From: Candidatus Omnitrophota bacterium
Lineage (GTDB): Bacteria > Ratteibacteria > UBA8468 > MWAK01
NCBI GenBank assembly: GCA_043826355.1
Contig: JBDRQI010000025.1
Coordinates: 1-30,603 of the forward strand
Length of the DNA stretch: 30,603 nucleotides
Reading direction: 5' to 3'
Of this stretch, positions 9,223 through 17,706 are shown piece after piece (positions within the stretch are counted from its first letter, which is position 1; every line of letters begins with the position of its first letter). The position numbers were made by a program, and so were the translations under genes. The notes below the pieces were generated by a model that was not told where the DNA came from, did not search any database, and saw nothing but the letters and a program-made list of their open reading frames with translations.

Positions 9223-10391
9223 AATTGCGCAATCTTATCAACAAAGCGGCAATAAGAATCCTGACGCCGTTCTGCCGGTCCGTTTGCGAGCCGGACAAAA
9301 TTCTTATCATCATCTTCTCCGGCCGCTTCTACAACGGAAACCTTAAATCCCTGTACGAGGAATTCAAGCGGCGCCAAACTTTCAACGGCAAACCCTTTAA
9401 AGTTTACTGGGCGATCAGGAGAAAGAAGGACTTGAATGGTTTCCGAAGGGAGAAGGTGGACGTTCTCTGGTATTATTCTCTCTTCCAAATCCCGAAATTC
9501 CTGAAAGCCGGCGTCTGGCTGAACGACCACCAGGCGGCAAAGAATATTCCGGTGGCAAGACAACCCGGCTCCCTCTGGGTCCAGGCAGGCCACGCAATTT
9601 CTTTCAGGGGTTACGCCGGAGACGACGGAGTCCGGCAAGGGCTCGAAAAGTTCGACCTTAACCTGGTCTCCTCACCGTGGTTTCGTGACTACTATGTAAA
9701 AGGTGTCGGCATCAATCCGGAGAAGGTTGCGGCTACCGGATACCCAAGAACGGACCGCCTCCTTAAACCTTACTATAACCGGGAGCGGGTTGTCGGGGAG
9801 TTGGGTTTCCGGCCGGACCGGCCCATAATTATGTACGCGCCGACCTGGGAACAGGAAAACAGGGGAGGCGAATCGCTCTTTCCTTTTGGTGATGACCGGA
9901 AATTACTGAAAGAACTGGAGGAGTTTTTGGAAAAAAACCGGATGCAGACGCTAATCCGGCTTCCCCAAAAATGGAAGGGGTGGGTTCCGAAACCGAACCT
10001 GGCGCGCCGTAGGTTCGGTAGGCAAGGCCGCCTGGCTCTCCACTGCGCCAGGACAGAATGGGATGCGGAAAAATATCTCTCCGTTACCGATGTTCTGGTA
10101 ACCGACTGGTCGAGCATCGCCAATGATTTTCTCGTTCTGGACCGGCCCATTATCTTTCTTGACAAACCTCCGAAATTCTTTCACTACGGCTACGCTATTC
10201 TTCCGGAAGAAAGGCCCGGCACAGTCGTCAAAACAAGCCAGGAGTTTTTCAATGCCCTGATTGAAGCCGTTTCCGACCCGAAAGAATATGCGGAAAAAAG
10301 ACGAATTCTCAGGGAAAAGGTCCATTGCGAACTGGACGGGCAGGCGTCAAGCCGGGCCATCGCCGAAATGGAAAAAAAGTTTAAAGGATAG
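9219..10391 (+). CDS. CDP-glycerol glycerophosphotransferase family (TagB/TagF-like)
   Basis: TGYPRTD, IMYAPTWE, DVLVTDWSSIANDFLVLDRPIIF and DGQASSR motifs. Confidence 0.88.
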   Translation: MKLRNLINKAAIRILTPFCRSVCEPDKILIIIFSGRFYNGNLKSLYEEFKRRQTFNGKPFKVYWAIRRKKDLNGFRREKVDVLWYYSLFQIPKFLKAGVWLNDHQAAKNIPVARQPGSLWVQAGHAISFRGYAGDDGVRQGLEKFDLNLVSSPWFRDYYVKGVGINPEKVAATGYPRTDRLLKPYYNRERVVGELGFRPDRPIIMYAPTWEQENRGGESLFPFGDDRKLLKELEEFLEKNRMQTLIRLPQKWKGWVPKPNLARRRFGRQGRLALHCARTEWDAEKYLSVTDVLVTDWSSIANDFLVLDRPIIFLDKPPKFFHYGYAILPEERPGTVVKTSQEFFNALIEAVSDPKEYAEKRRILREKVHCELDGQASSRAIAEMEKKFKG

Positions 10392-11549
10392 ATGAAGATT
10401 CTTTTTCTGGCCGGCTGGTATCCGAACAAAGAAGACCCGACGGAAGGCATATTTGTAAAAGAGCACCTCAATGCTGTCTCCCTGTTCAACGAAGTAGCGG
10501 TAATATACGGCCGGGAGGTTAAAAAACAGAAGAAGCCGCTGGAATTCCGGTCGGTTACGGAAGACGGGGTTCCCGCAATCCGTTTTACCTACCGGCGGCC
10601 CTGGTATAAAACCGAGTCGTTTTCCACTTATGTAAAAGGCGTTCTGTCCGGTCTTCAAAAATTAAGGGACGGCGGATTCCGGCCGGACCTAATCCACGCC
10701 AACATATACTTTACCGGTGTACCGGCATCCATTATCAAGAAACGCGAAGGGGTCCCTTACGTAATAACTGAACATTTCACCAAAGTTTCCCGAAAGCGCC
10801 TTGACCGGGTTAACACCGGAAGACTGCGACTGGCCATGAAAAATGCTTACCGCATCCTTCCGGTCTGCAAACCTTTGGAGAAAGCGATCAGAGACTACGG
10901 AATAACCGGTTATTTTGAAATAGTGCCGAACACGGTAAACGACAAAATCTTCTACCCGCCCGTTGAAGCAATAAGAAATACGGACGATATAATAAAAATG
11001 CTTATTGTGGCTGGTTTGAGAACGATGAAAAACTATCCGTTTCTCTTTTCGGTCCTTGCCTATCTAAAGCAGAAACGCGGAGATGTTTTTCAACTTCAGA
11101 TTGTGGGAGATGGACCCAGGCGCGAGGAGTTTCGAAAAATGGTAAGAAGACTCAACCTGGAGAATACGGTTCGCTTTCTGGGAATGAGGACCAAGAAGGA
11201 AATTGCCGATTTGATGAGAGGCAGCGATTTCTTTGTGCTTCCGAGTATCTGGGAGAATTTGCCCTGCGTTCTCATTGAGTCGCTTGCCTGCGGTCTTCCG
11301 GCGGTTGCATCCGACGTAAGCGGAATTCCCGAAATCATAAACAGGGAAAATGGAATCCTGGCTAAAACGGACCGGGTGGAAGAGTTCACCGGAGCGCTGG
11401 AATACATGCTGGACCACCACCACGATTATTCCAGGAAAAAGATAGCCACTGAAGCCAGAAAGAGATACGGATACGAAACCGTGGGAAGACGTTTAACCGG
11501 AATTTACGAACGCGTACTGGCAAAAAAACGCTCTGACCGTATTGTCTAA
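10392..11549 (+). CDS. GT4 glycosyltransferase
   Basis: MKILFLAGWYP, VITEH, FVLPSIWENLPCVLIESLACGLP. Confidence 0.9.
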   Translation: MKILFLAGWYPNKEDPTEGIFVKEHLNAVSLFNEVAVIYGREVKKQKKPLEFRSVTEDGVPAIRFTYRRPWYKTESFSTYVKGVLSGLQKLRDGGFRPDLIHANIYFTGVPASIIKKREGVPYVITEHFTKVSRKRLDRVNTGRLRLAMKNAYRILPVCKPLEKAIRDYGITGYFEIVPNTVNDKIFYPPVEAIRNTDDIIKMLIVAGLRTMKNYPFLFSVLAYLKQKRGDVFQLQIVGDGPRREEFRKMVRRLNLENTVRFLGMRTKKEIADLMRGSDFFVLPSIWENLPCVLIESLACGLPAVASDVSGIPEIINRENGILAKTDRVEEFTGALEYMLDHHHDYSRKKIATEARKRYGYETVGRRLTGIYERVLAKKRSDRIV

Positions 11550-11550
11550 G

Positions 11551-12807
11551 ATGAAAAAAGTGCTCATCATCACCTATCGCTTTCCGCCTAAACCGGGCAT
11601 AGCGTCAATCCGGCCGGCGGGCCTGGCAAAGTACCTGCCGGAAAACGGTTGGGAGGCGATTATCCTGACCAGCCTGCTTCCGGTCCGGCCGGAAACCCCG
11701 TTCAAAATAATAGAAACTCTGCCTTTCTTTCCGGAACGCCTGCCGAACCGGCCCGAGTTCAAAACCAGGCAGGAAGAACTCTCTTCGCCTCCCTTGCCAA
11801 GCCAGATTCTATTATCCCTGCCGGAACTCTTGCCGTTTCCAACCACTAAGATTGGCTGGAAGGTATGTGCCTTATACTCAGCGCGTAAGATTATCAGAAA
11901 AGAAAAGATAAGCGCGGTCATCAGCACCTTCAAACCGGCAACCGTCCATTTTATTGCGGCCGTCTTAAAAAAAGAGTTTCCCGACCTCTGCTGGATTGCC
12001 GATTTCCGGGACCTCTGGACCCAGAACCATACCTATAAACGCCGGGGTTTGAAGCGTCGCCTAGAGATAGGGCAGGAAATGAAAACTCTCCGAAACGCCG
12101 ATTTTCTTACCACGGTCTCCGAACTCTGGGCGCAAAAATTAAAGGACCGGCACCAGAAACCATCATTCGCCATACCCAACGGGTTTGACCCGTCGGAATG
12201 GACAACCGAACCTTTTAAGCCGGCCGATAAGTTTATCATCAGTTATACCGGCAGCATCTATTTCGGGAAAAAGGCGCAGGATGTCACCCCTTTTCTGAAT
12301 GTCGTCCGCTCCCTGATTGATGAAGAACTAATAAAAGCAGAAGACATGGAAGTCACCTTTTACGGTGACACAAAGATAAACTTGGATATAGTAATAAGAG
12401 AACGGGGCCTGAAAAAAATAGTTCTCCAGCAAGGACTCATTCCAAGACAGGAAGTTCTCAAAAAACAGCGCCAATCGCAATTGCTGCTCCTGCTGGACTG
12501 GAACGACCCTAAGGAATTAGGCGTCTGCCCGGGCAAACTATACGAATATCTTGCGGCGCGGCGACCGGTGCTTTCGGTGGGCGGCCACAACGGCGCAGTA
12601 AAGGATGTTCTTCAGGAGACCGGGGCCGGATTTTACTGCCGGACCGAAATGGAGATAAAAGATGTTCTGCTGCAATGTTACCGGGAATTCAAAAAAAGGG
12701 GGGGCGTGAGTTACCGGGGAAGAGAAGAGGCGGTAATGCGCTACAGCCACCGGGTTATGGCCAGGAAATTTGCGGAAATATTGAATAAAAACCGGAAACT
12801 GCTTTAG
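11551..12807 (+). CDS. GT4-like glycosyltransferase
   Basis: ATG at 11551 (MKKVLIITYRFPP); WIADFRDLW, IPNGFD, YTGSIY, PGKLYEYLAARRPVL. Confidence 0.88.
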   Translation: MKKVLIITYRFPPKPGIASIRPAGLAKYLPENGWEAIILTSLLPVRPETPFKIIETLPFFPERLPNRPEFKTRQEELSSPPLPSQILLSLPELLPFPTTKIGWKVCALYSARKIIRKEKISAVISTFKPATVHFIAAVLKKEFPDLCWIADFRDLWTQNHTYKRRGLKRRLEIGQEMKTLRNADFLTTVSELWAQKLKDRHQKPSFAIPNGFDPSEWTTEPFKPADKFIISYTGSIYFGKKAQDVTPFLNVVRSLIDEELIKAEDMEVTFYGDTKINLDIVIRERGLKKIVLQQGLIPRQEVLKKQRQSQLLLLLDWNDPKELGVCPGKLYEYLAARRPVLSVGGHNGAVKDVLQETGAGFYCRTEMEIKDVLLQCYREFKKRGGVSYRGREEAVMRYSHRVMARKFAEILNKNRKLL

Positions 12808-12822
12808 TATTCAGAGAAGATA

Positions 12823-12852
12823 TTGACCAAATATTGCCTTTAATCGTATCAT
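12823..12852 (+). promoter_or_regulatory. Putative sigma70 promoter for pta
   Basis: TTGACC-18 nt-TATCAT ending 10 nt before the ATG; no SD sequence, so the leader would be very short. Confidence 0.4.
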
Positions 12853-12862
12853 ATCAAAACTT

Positions 12863-13831
12863 ATGGGTTTGATTGAGCGGCTGGCACAAGAGGCGAATAA
12901 GAATCCGAAAAAGATTGTCTTTCCGGAAGGTGACAATCCGGAGATTATCGCGGCGGCGAAGGCACTGGAAAGAGACGGCGCGGTGAAACCGATTATACTG
13001 GCAAGTCACCCCCACCTCGCCTCCCCCATCAAGGGGGAGGAAATTAAAGTAATTGAGTTGGAAGAAGATAAGGAACGGCTGGCGCGTTTCAGTGAAATTT
13101 ACGCGCAAAAAAACCAGACCAACCCGAAGATTGCGCAACGGCTCTGCCGCCGCAATATATTCTTCGGCGCGATGATGGTGGCGACCGGCGAGGCGGACGG
13201 AATGGTGGCCGGCATAGACGCGGCCACCGCCATCGTCCTGCAGAGCGCCGCTCTGGCCATCGGCCTGGCGCCCGGTATCTCCATCCCCAGTAGTTTCTTT
13301 ATTATGGTCTTCCCGGAACTCTTCGGAGAAAAAGAAAAAGTTTTAATCTATGCCGACTGCGCGGCCGCCATAGAACCGGACAGCGAGCAATTGGCCGGCA
13401 TCGCAGTACTAACCGCCCGAAACGCCAAACGCCTCCTGGGAATCGAACCGAAGGTTGCCTTCCTCTCCTTTTCCACCAAGGGAAGCGCCACCCACAGCCG
13501 CACAAAAAAAGTAATCGGCGCGGTGGAACTTGCCGGGAAGATGGCGCCGGAGATAGAGTTTGACGGAGAACTGCAGGCGGACGCAGCCCTGGTACCGCGG
13601 GTCGCCGCCAAAAAAGCGCCGGAGAGTACCGTTGCCGGAAGAGCAAACGTCTTAATCTTCCCTGACCTGGACAGCGGAAATATCGCCTACAAATTAAGCC
13701 AGTACCTGGCCGGCGCTACCGCTTACGGACCGATCGTCCAGGGTTTTGCCAAACCGGTCAACGACCTTTCCCGCGGCGCCATTGCCAGGGACATATACGG
13801 CGTGGCGGTGATTACCGCGCTGCTGGGGTAA
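12863..13831 (+). CDS. pta: Phosphate acetyltransferase (PTA/PTB family)
   Basis: IVFPEG, LSFSTKGSA, DGELQADAAL, ANVLIFPDLDSGNIAYKL, PVNDLSRG. Confidence 0.92.
   Translation: MGLIERLAQEANKNPKKIVFPEGDNPEIIAAAKALERDGAVKPIILASHPHLASPIKGEEIKVIELEEDKERLARFSEIYAQKNQTNPKIAQRLCRRNIFFGAMMVATGEADGMVAGIDAATAIVLQSAALAIGLAPGISIPSSFFIMVFPELFGEKEKVLIYADCAAAIEPDSEQLAGIAVLTARNAKRLLGIEPKVAFLSFSTKGSATHSRTKKVIGAVELAGKMAPEIEFDGELQADAALVPRVAAKKAPESTVAGRANVLIFPDLDSGNIAYKLSQYLAGATAYGPIVQGFAKPVNDLSRGAIARDIYGVAVITALLG
13007..13042. repeat. Hairpin repeat inside the pta coding sequence
   Basis: CACCCCCACCTCG-CCTCCCCC-ATCAA-GGGGGAGG-AA with a perfect 8-bp stem; translates as HPHLASPIKGEE. Confidence 0.65.
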
Positions 13832-13832
13832 A

Positions 13833-13930
13833 TGTCATTCTGAGCAATAGCGAAGAATCTCAATCTTTTAATGCGAGATCCTTCGCAAATACGGCTCAGG
13901 ATGACAAATTATTAATAGCTCAGGATGACA
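13833..13930. repeat. GTCAT...ATGAC-tagged palindromic repeat, family A
   Basis: TGTCATTCTGAGC..GCGAAGAATCT / GAGATCCTTCGC..GCTCAGGATGACA plus a second right end; homologous to 15214-15346 and 15634-15734. Confidence 0.9.
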
Positions 13931-13955
13931 CCTAAATATTAACGGAGACCAAACG

Positions 13956-15206
13956 ATGAAAATACTGATATTTGAAGATGGAAAAGCGACAAACCTCTAT
14001 CCGTTGACCTATCTGCGTCCGACCTGGGAACTGCTCTGCGGAGCCGGCACTCTGCTGGATAAGGTCAAACGCCATTTTCCGAATAACGAGATTCATTTTT
14101 GGTGCCGTCCCGAAATGGCGCCGGTCCTGAACCGCAAGTACAATCAGCCGGTAAATGACATCAAGAGCATCCTCGGCAAAGAGAGTGTGCTGTTGCTCAA
14201 CGGCCGCTGGCTGCTGGGCCCCGGAGAGTTTCTGCCCACCAAAATGGAAGAACAGGGGGTCTGCGGAGAAACTCTTCTCTACGGACACCTCGCAGCGGAA
14301 AAGATAGAAGCGGGGGACGACCTGGCATCACTCATCAAAAAAGCGTTTTCTCTGCCTAAAAAAGAGATTAAGGGACGGCTGATAAATAACCTCTGGGAGC
14401 CGGTAAAGTACAACGCGGAAGCGATTAAAGAGGATTTTGAGCTGATGGGCAAAAAAGGGGTACTGGGCGCAATGGCGCCGGAAAGCACCATTTACGGGCC
14501 AAAGGAGAATGTTTACGTGGCGCCCGGCGCGGAAATCCACCCGATGGTCGTGCTGGACACCAAGGGCGGCCCCGTCTTTATCGCGGAAGGGGCCAAAATC
14601 TTTCCTTTTACCCGGATTGAGGGACCGGCCTACATCGGACCAAACTGCCAGATTGTCGGCGGCAAAATCCGGGAGGGCTGCAGTTTCGGTCCGGAGTGCC
14701 GGGTGGGCGGAGAGGTGGAAGAGAGTATTATCCAGGGATATTCCAATAAATACCACGACGGGTTCCTGGGTCACGCCCACGTCGGCGAATGGGTGAACCT
14801 GGGCGCGCTCACCACCAACAGCGACCTGAAGAACGACTATTCCACTGTTTCCATCAAGACCGGCAAAGCGCTGCAGGATACCGGCGAAATGAAGGTGGGT
14901 TCCTTTATCGGAGACCATACCAAGACCAGCATCGGAACCCTGATGAATACCGGTACTGTCATCGGCATAATGTGCAATATCCTGGGCGTCGGAGCGCTCC
15001 TGCCCAAACACCTGCCGTCATTCGCCTGGTTCATCGAGGGCAACGTGATGAAGGGGTTCGGGCTGCAGAGTCAGTTAAAGACGGCGCGGGCGGCCATGGC
15101 GCGGAGAAAAAAGGAGCTGCTGCCGGAAGAAGAAACGCTCATCAGCCAGGTCTTTGAGATGACTAAGGAAGCACGATTGGAAGCGGTAAGAAAATCAAGA
15201 GGATAG
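13956..15206 (+). CDS. Putative sugar nucleotidyltransferase / hexapeptide-repeat acetyltransferase (alternative GlmU-like)
   Basis: LYPLTYLRP..ELLCGA N-terminus; left-handed beta-helix repeats; YSNKYHDGFLGHAHVGEWVNLGALTTNSDLKNDY. Confidence 0.8.
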   Translation: MKILIFEDGKATNLYPLTYLRPTWELLCGAGTLLDKVKRHFPNNEIHFWCRPEMAPVLNRKYNQPVNDIKSILGKESVLLLNGRWLLGPGEFLPTKMEEQGVCGETLLYGHLAAEKIEAGDDLASLIKKAFSLPKKEIKGRLINNLWEPVKYNAEAIKEDFELMGKKGVLGAMAPESTIYGPKENVYVAPGAEIHPMVVLDTKGGPVFIAEGAKIFPFTRIEGPAYIGPNCQIVGGKIREGCSFGPECRVGGEVEESIIQGYSNKYHDGFLGHAHVGEWVNLGALTTNSDLKNDYSTVSIKTGKALQDTGEMKVGSFIGDHTKTSIGTLMNTGTVIGIMCNILGVGALLPKHLPSFAWFIEGNVMKGFGLQSQLKTARAAMARRKKELLPEEETLISQVFEMTKEARLEAVRKSRG

Positions 15207-15213
15207 AAATTAT

Positions 15214-15346
15214 TGTCATCCTGATGGTACCGAAGAATCTAACGTAGGCTGTCATTCTGAGTGAAACGAAGAATCCCATCTTTAATAAAGACGAGATCCT
15301 TCGCAACTGCGGCTCAGGATGACATCGTTAACAACTCAGAATGACA
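15214..15346. repeat. GTCAT...ATGAC palindromic repeat, family A (doubled left and right ends)
   Basis: Left ends at 15214 and 15250; right ends finishing at 15324 and 15346. Confidence 0.88.
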
Positions 15347-15366
15347 ACAAAAAAGGAGAAAGGATA

Positions 15367-15606
15367 ATGGAGAATGTAGCGGAAAGAGTGAAAGCGGTGG
15401 TGGCCCGGCAGTTGAAGGTTTCTCCGGACAAGGTCAAGGACGAATCCGATTTCGTGAAGGACCTGGGCGCGGAAAGCATCCAGAGTTTGGAACTGGTCGC
15501 GGCCTTTGAAGAAGAGTTTAATATTGAGATGGATGAAGAAGCGGCGCTCCAAGTTAAGAACGTCAAAGACGCGGTGGATTTTATCTCAAAAATCGTGGAA
15601 ACATAA
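15367..15606 (+). CDS. acpP: Acyl carrier protein (variant motif LGAESIQ)
   Basis: 79 aa, acidic; DLGAES(IQ)SLELVAAFEEEFNIE; AAGGAG upstream. Confidence 0.85.
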   Translation: MENVAERVKAVVARQLKVSPDKVKDESDFVKDLGAESIQSLELVAAFEEEFNIEMDEEAALQVKNVKDAVDFISKIVET

Positions 15607-15633
15607 AACTGATGTTATTCTAAACGCACGTTG

Positions 15634-15734
15634 TGTCATTCTGAGCGCCAGCGAAGAATCTAATCCTACAATACGTCGGATGAATCCGACCGCTACAAAG
15701 ATGAGATCCTTCGCAATTGCGGCTCAGGATGACA
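15634..15734. repeat. Family A palindromic repeat with a GTAG-type REP nested in its loop
   Basis: TGTCATTCTGAGCG..GAAGAATCT[..GTCGGATGAATCCGACCGCTAC..]GAGATCCTTCGC..CTCAGGATGACA. Confidence 0.88.
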
Positions 15735-15743
15735 TCGAACTAT

Positions 15744-17099
15744 ATGATACAGGGAATATCAGGAGCCCGGGGCAGGGTCGGTGTTGATTTTACCGCGGAA
15801 GTATGTCGTAAATTGGTCTCTTCTTTCGGTAATGTCATCGGCAAGGGCAAGGTTCTGGTCGGCCGGGACACCAGGCCGTCCGGCTTGATGGCCTTTAACA
15901 CCGTAAAAGAAAGTCTTCTGGCCACCGGCCATCCGGTAATAGATTTAGGGATAATCCCGACTCCGGCGGTTGAATTTGCGGTAACGCATCTCTCGGCCGG
16001 CGGCGCAATCATTATTACCGCCAGCCATAATCCCGGCGAATGGAACGGCCTGAAGTTCCTGGATGAAAAAGGACTGTTCCTCTCCCCGGAAAAGATTGAA
16101 AAGGTTTATAATCCTGTTTCGGCACAACAACGAGACGGGTCGGATGAATCCGACCCCTACAAATGTAGAAACGGGGTTATATCCCCGCCCGAGAAGTTTG
16201 AGATTTTCCCCCAATACCTGAAACACGTCTTGAAGTTAGTTGACGTCCGGCTTATCCGGCAGAGAAAGATGAAAGTTGCGATTGACTGCGTCAACGGCGC
16301 CGCCTTTCAGGCGGCGCCAAAACTCCTCTCCGAACTTGGCTGCAAGACAACCCTTTTGAACTGCGAACCAACCGGAATTTTTCCCCACCTGCCGGAGCCT
16401 AGACCGGAGAACTTAACCTCTCTCTGCCAAAAAGTAAAAGAGTCCGGCGCCGATATCGGCCTGGCCTTTGACCCGGACGGGGACCGGTTGGCGCTGGTTT
16501 CTGAAAACGGGAAACCGCTTTCCGAGGAATTGACCCTTGCCTTCTGCGTGGACTTCATCCTTTCCCGAAGACCGGGGCCGGTCGTCATAAATCTCTCCAC
16601 CAGCATGGCGGTGGAAACACTGGCAAAAAAATACGGTGTTCCGTTTTACCGCACGCCGGTTGGAGAATATCACGTTGCCAAAAAGATGTTGGAGGTCTCC
16701 GCCGTTATCGGCGGGGAGGGGAGCGGCGGGGTCATCTATCCGGCCGGACACCCGGGCCGGGACGGCCTCATCGGAACCGCGCTTATCCTGGAATACATCT
16801 GCCGGTCCGGCAAAAAGGTTTCGGAACTGGCAAAAGAGATTCCTTCTTATTTTCTGGTAAAAGAGAACGCCGCCCGGCCGGATTATCCAAAAACAGAGAT
16901 GGAGAAAAGAATCAAAAAAACGTTCCCGGAGGCAACGCTTGATCGTCAGGACGGTTTCCGTATCGCCGGGGAGGACTGGTGGTGCCAGGTGAGATTATCC
17001 AACACCGAACCAATTATCCGAATCTTCAGCGAATCCGCTTCCGAAAAAGAATCAAAAACCCGGATTGACCTTCTCCGAAAGGTTCTTTCGGTCTATTGA
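15744..17099 (+). CDS. Alpha-D-phosphohexomutase (phosphoglucosamine mutase / PMM-PGM)
   Basis: GISGARG, GRDTR, ITASHNP (catalytic Ser), FDPDGDR (metal loop), GGEGSGG, RLSNTEPIIRIFSE. Confidence 0.92.
   Translation: MIQGISGARGRVGVDFTAEVCRKLVSSFGNVIGKGKVLVGRDTRPSGLMAFNTVKESLLATGHPVIDLGIIPTPAVEFAVTHLSAGGAIIITASHNPGEWNGLKFLDEKGLFLSPEKIEKVYNPVSAQQRDGSDESDPYKCRNGVISPPEKFEIFPQYLKHVLKLVDVRLIRQRKMKVAIDCVNGAAFQAAPKLLSELGCKTTLLNCEPTGIFPHLPEPRPENLTSLCQKVKESGADIGLAFDPDGDRLALVSENGKPLSEELTLAFCVDFILSRRPGPVVINLSTSMAVETLAKKYGVPFYRTPVGEYHVAKKMLEVSAVIGGEGSGGVIYPAGHPGRDGLIGTALILEYICRSGKKVSELAKEIPSYFLVKENAARPDYPKTEMEKRIKKTFPEATLDRQDGFRIAGEDWWCQVRLSNTEPIIRIFSESASEKESKTRIDLLRKVLSVY
16136..16190. repeat. GTAG-type REP pair inside the phosphohexomutase CDS
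   Basis: CGGGTCGGATGAATCCGACCCCTAC (24/25 match to intergenic 17679-17703) followed by GTAGAAACGGGGTTATATCCCCGCCC. Confidence 0.85.
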
Positions 17100-17124
17100 C
17101 AGACGCGGAGAAGTATGGTAAAGT
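17096..17124 (+). promoter_or_regulatory. Sigma70 promoter
   Basis: TTGACA-17 nt-TAAAGT with extended -10 TG. Confidence 0.7.
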
Positions 17125-17166
17125 GTTACAATTGAATGGCAGGGGTCTAAAGTTTTGGAGGCATAA

Positions 17167-17277
17167 ATGACAAAAAGAATAATTACCATCGCAATGTTGT
17201 TGTTGTGCCTGGCGGTATTCAGCGGCGGCTGCACGTTCACGTCTTCAATTGAGCCGCGGAGTACAACCGGTAAATAG
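17167..17277 (+). CDS. Small 36-aa lipoprotein-like protein (absent from the ORF track)
   Basis: GGAGG RBS 5 nt upstream; MTKRIITIAMLLLCLAVFSGGCTFTSSIEPRSTTGK has a basic n-region, a hydrophobic h-region and a lipobox-like SGGC. Confidence 0.65.
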   Translation: MTKRIITIAMLLLCLAVFSGGCTFTSSIEPRSTTGK

Positions 17278-17367
17278 TGAAATGCAGGCACAAAGGATTA
17301 GCCGGGCGTTCTGCCTGTCTCTTCCGGAGAAAAACGCCTGCATAATAGAAAGGAGGGGAAAAAAAGA

Positions 17368-17574
17368 ATGGCAAGAGTAAAAGGAAAGGTGAAGTGGTTT
17401 AATGCAGCCAAGGGTTACGGCTTCATTGAGCGTGAAGGAGACTCGGATGTCTTCGTACACTACTCTGCAATCACGGCCGATGGTTATCGCACATTGGAAG
17501 AAGGTTGCGAAGTAGAGTTTGACGTAACGGAAGGCAAAAAAGGCCCCCAAGCGGAAAACGTCACAAAAATATAA
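17368..17574 (+). CDS. cspA: Cold-shock protein (Csp family)
   Basis: [44 protein letters not shown]. Confidence 0.96.
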   Translation: MARVKGKVKWFNAAKGYGFIEREGDSDVFVHYSAITADGYRTLEEGCEVEFDVTEGKKGPQAENVTKI

Positions 17575-17606
17575 AGATAGAGATATCTTTCGTATTCGAA
17601 TGTGAC

Positions 17607-17641
17607 AAGAAGCCCCGGAGATTCTCCGGGGCTTCTTTTTT
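17607..17641 (+). terminator. Rho-independent terminator
   Basis: AAGAAGCCCCGGAG-ATT-CTCCGGGGCTTCTT stem followed by a T run. Confidence 0.9.
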
Positions 17642-17653
17642 GACGCTACTATA

Positions 17654-17703
17654 GTAGGGGCGCGATTTATCGCGCCCGCGGGTCGGATAAATCCGACCCC
17701 TAC
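17654..17703. repeat. GTAG-type REP doublet
   Basis: GTAGGGGCGCGATTTATCGCGCCC plus GGGTCGGATAAATCCGACCCCTAC in inverted arrangement. Confidence 0.88.
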
Positions 17704-17706
17704 ATT

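Noticed and set aside
13833..15734. Repeated GTCATTCTGAG/CTCAGGATGAC units as a CRISPR array
   Set aside because: They are inverted arms scattered between genes, with no regular repeat-spacer period and no cas genes.
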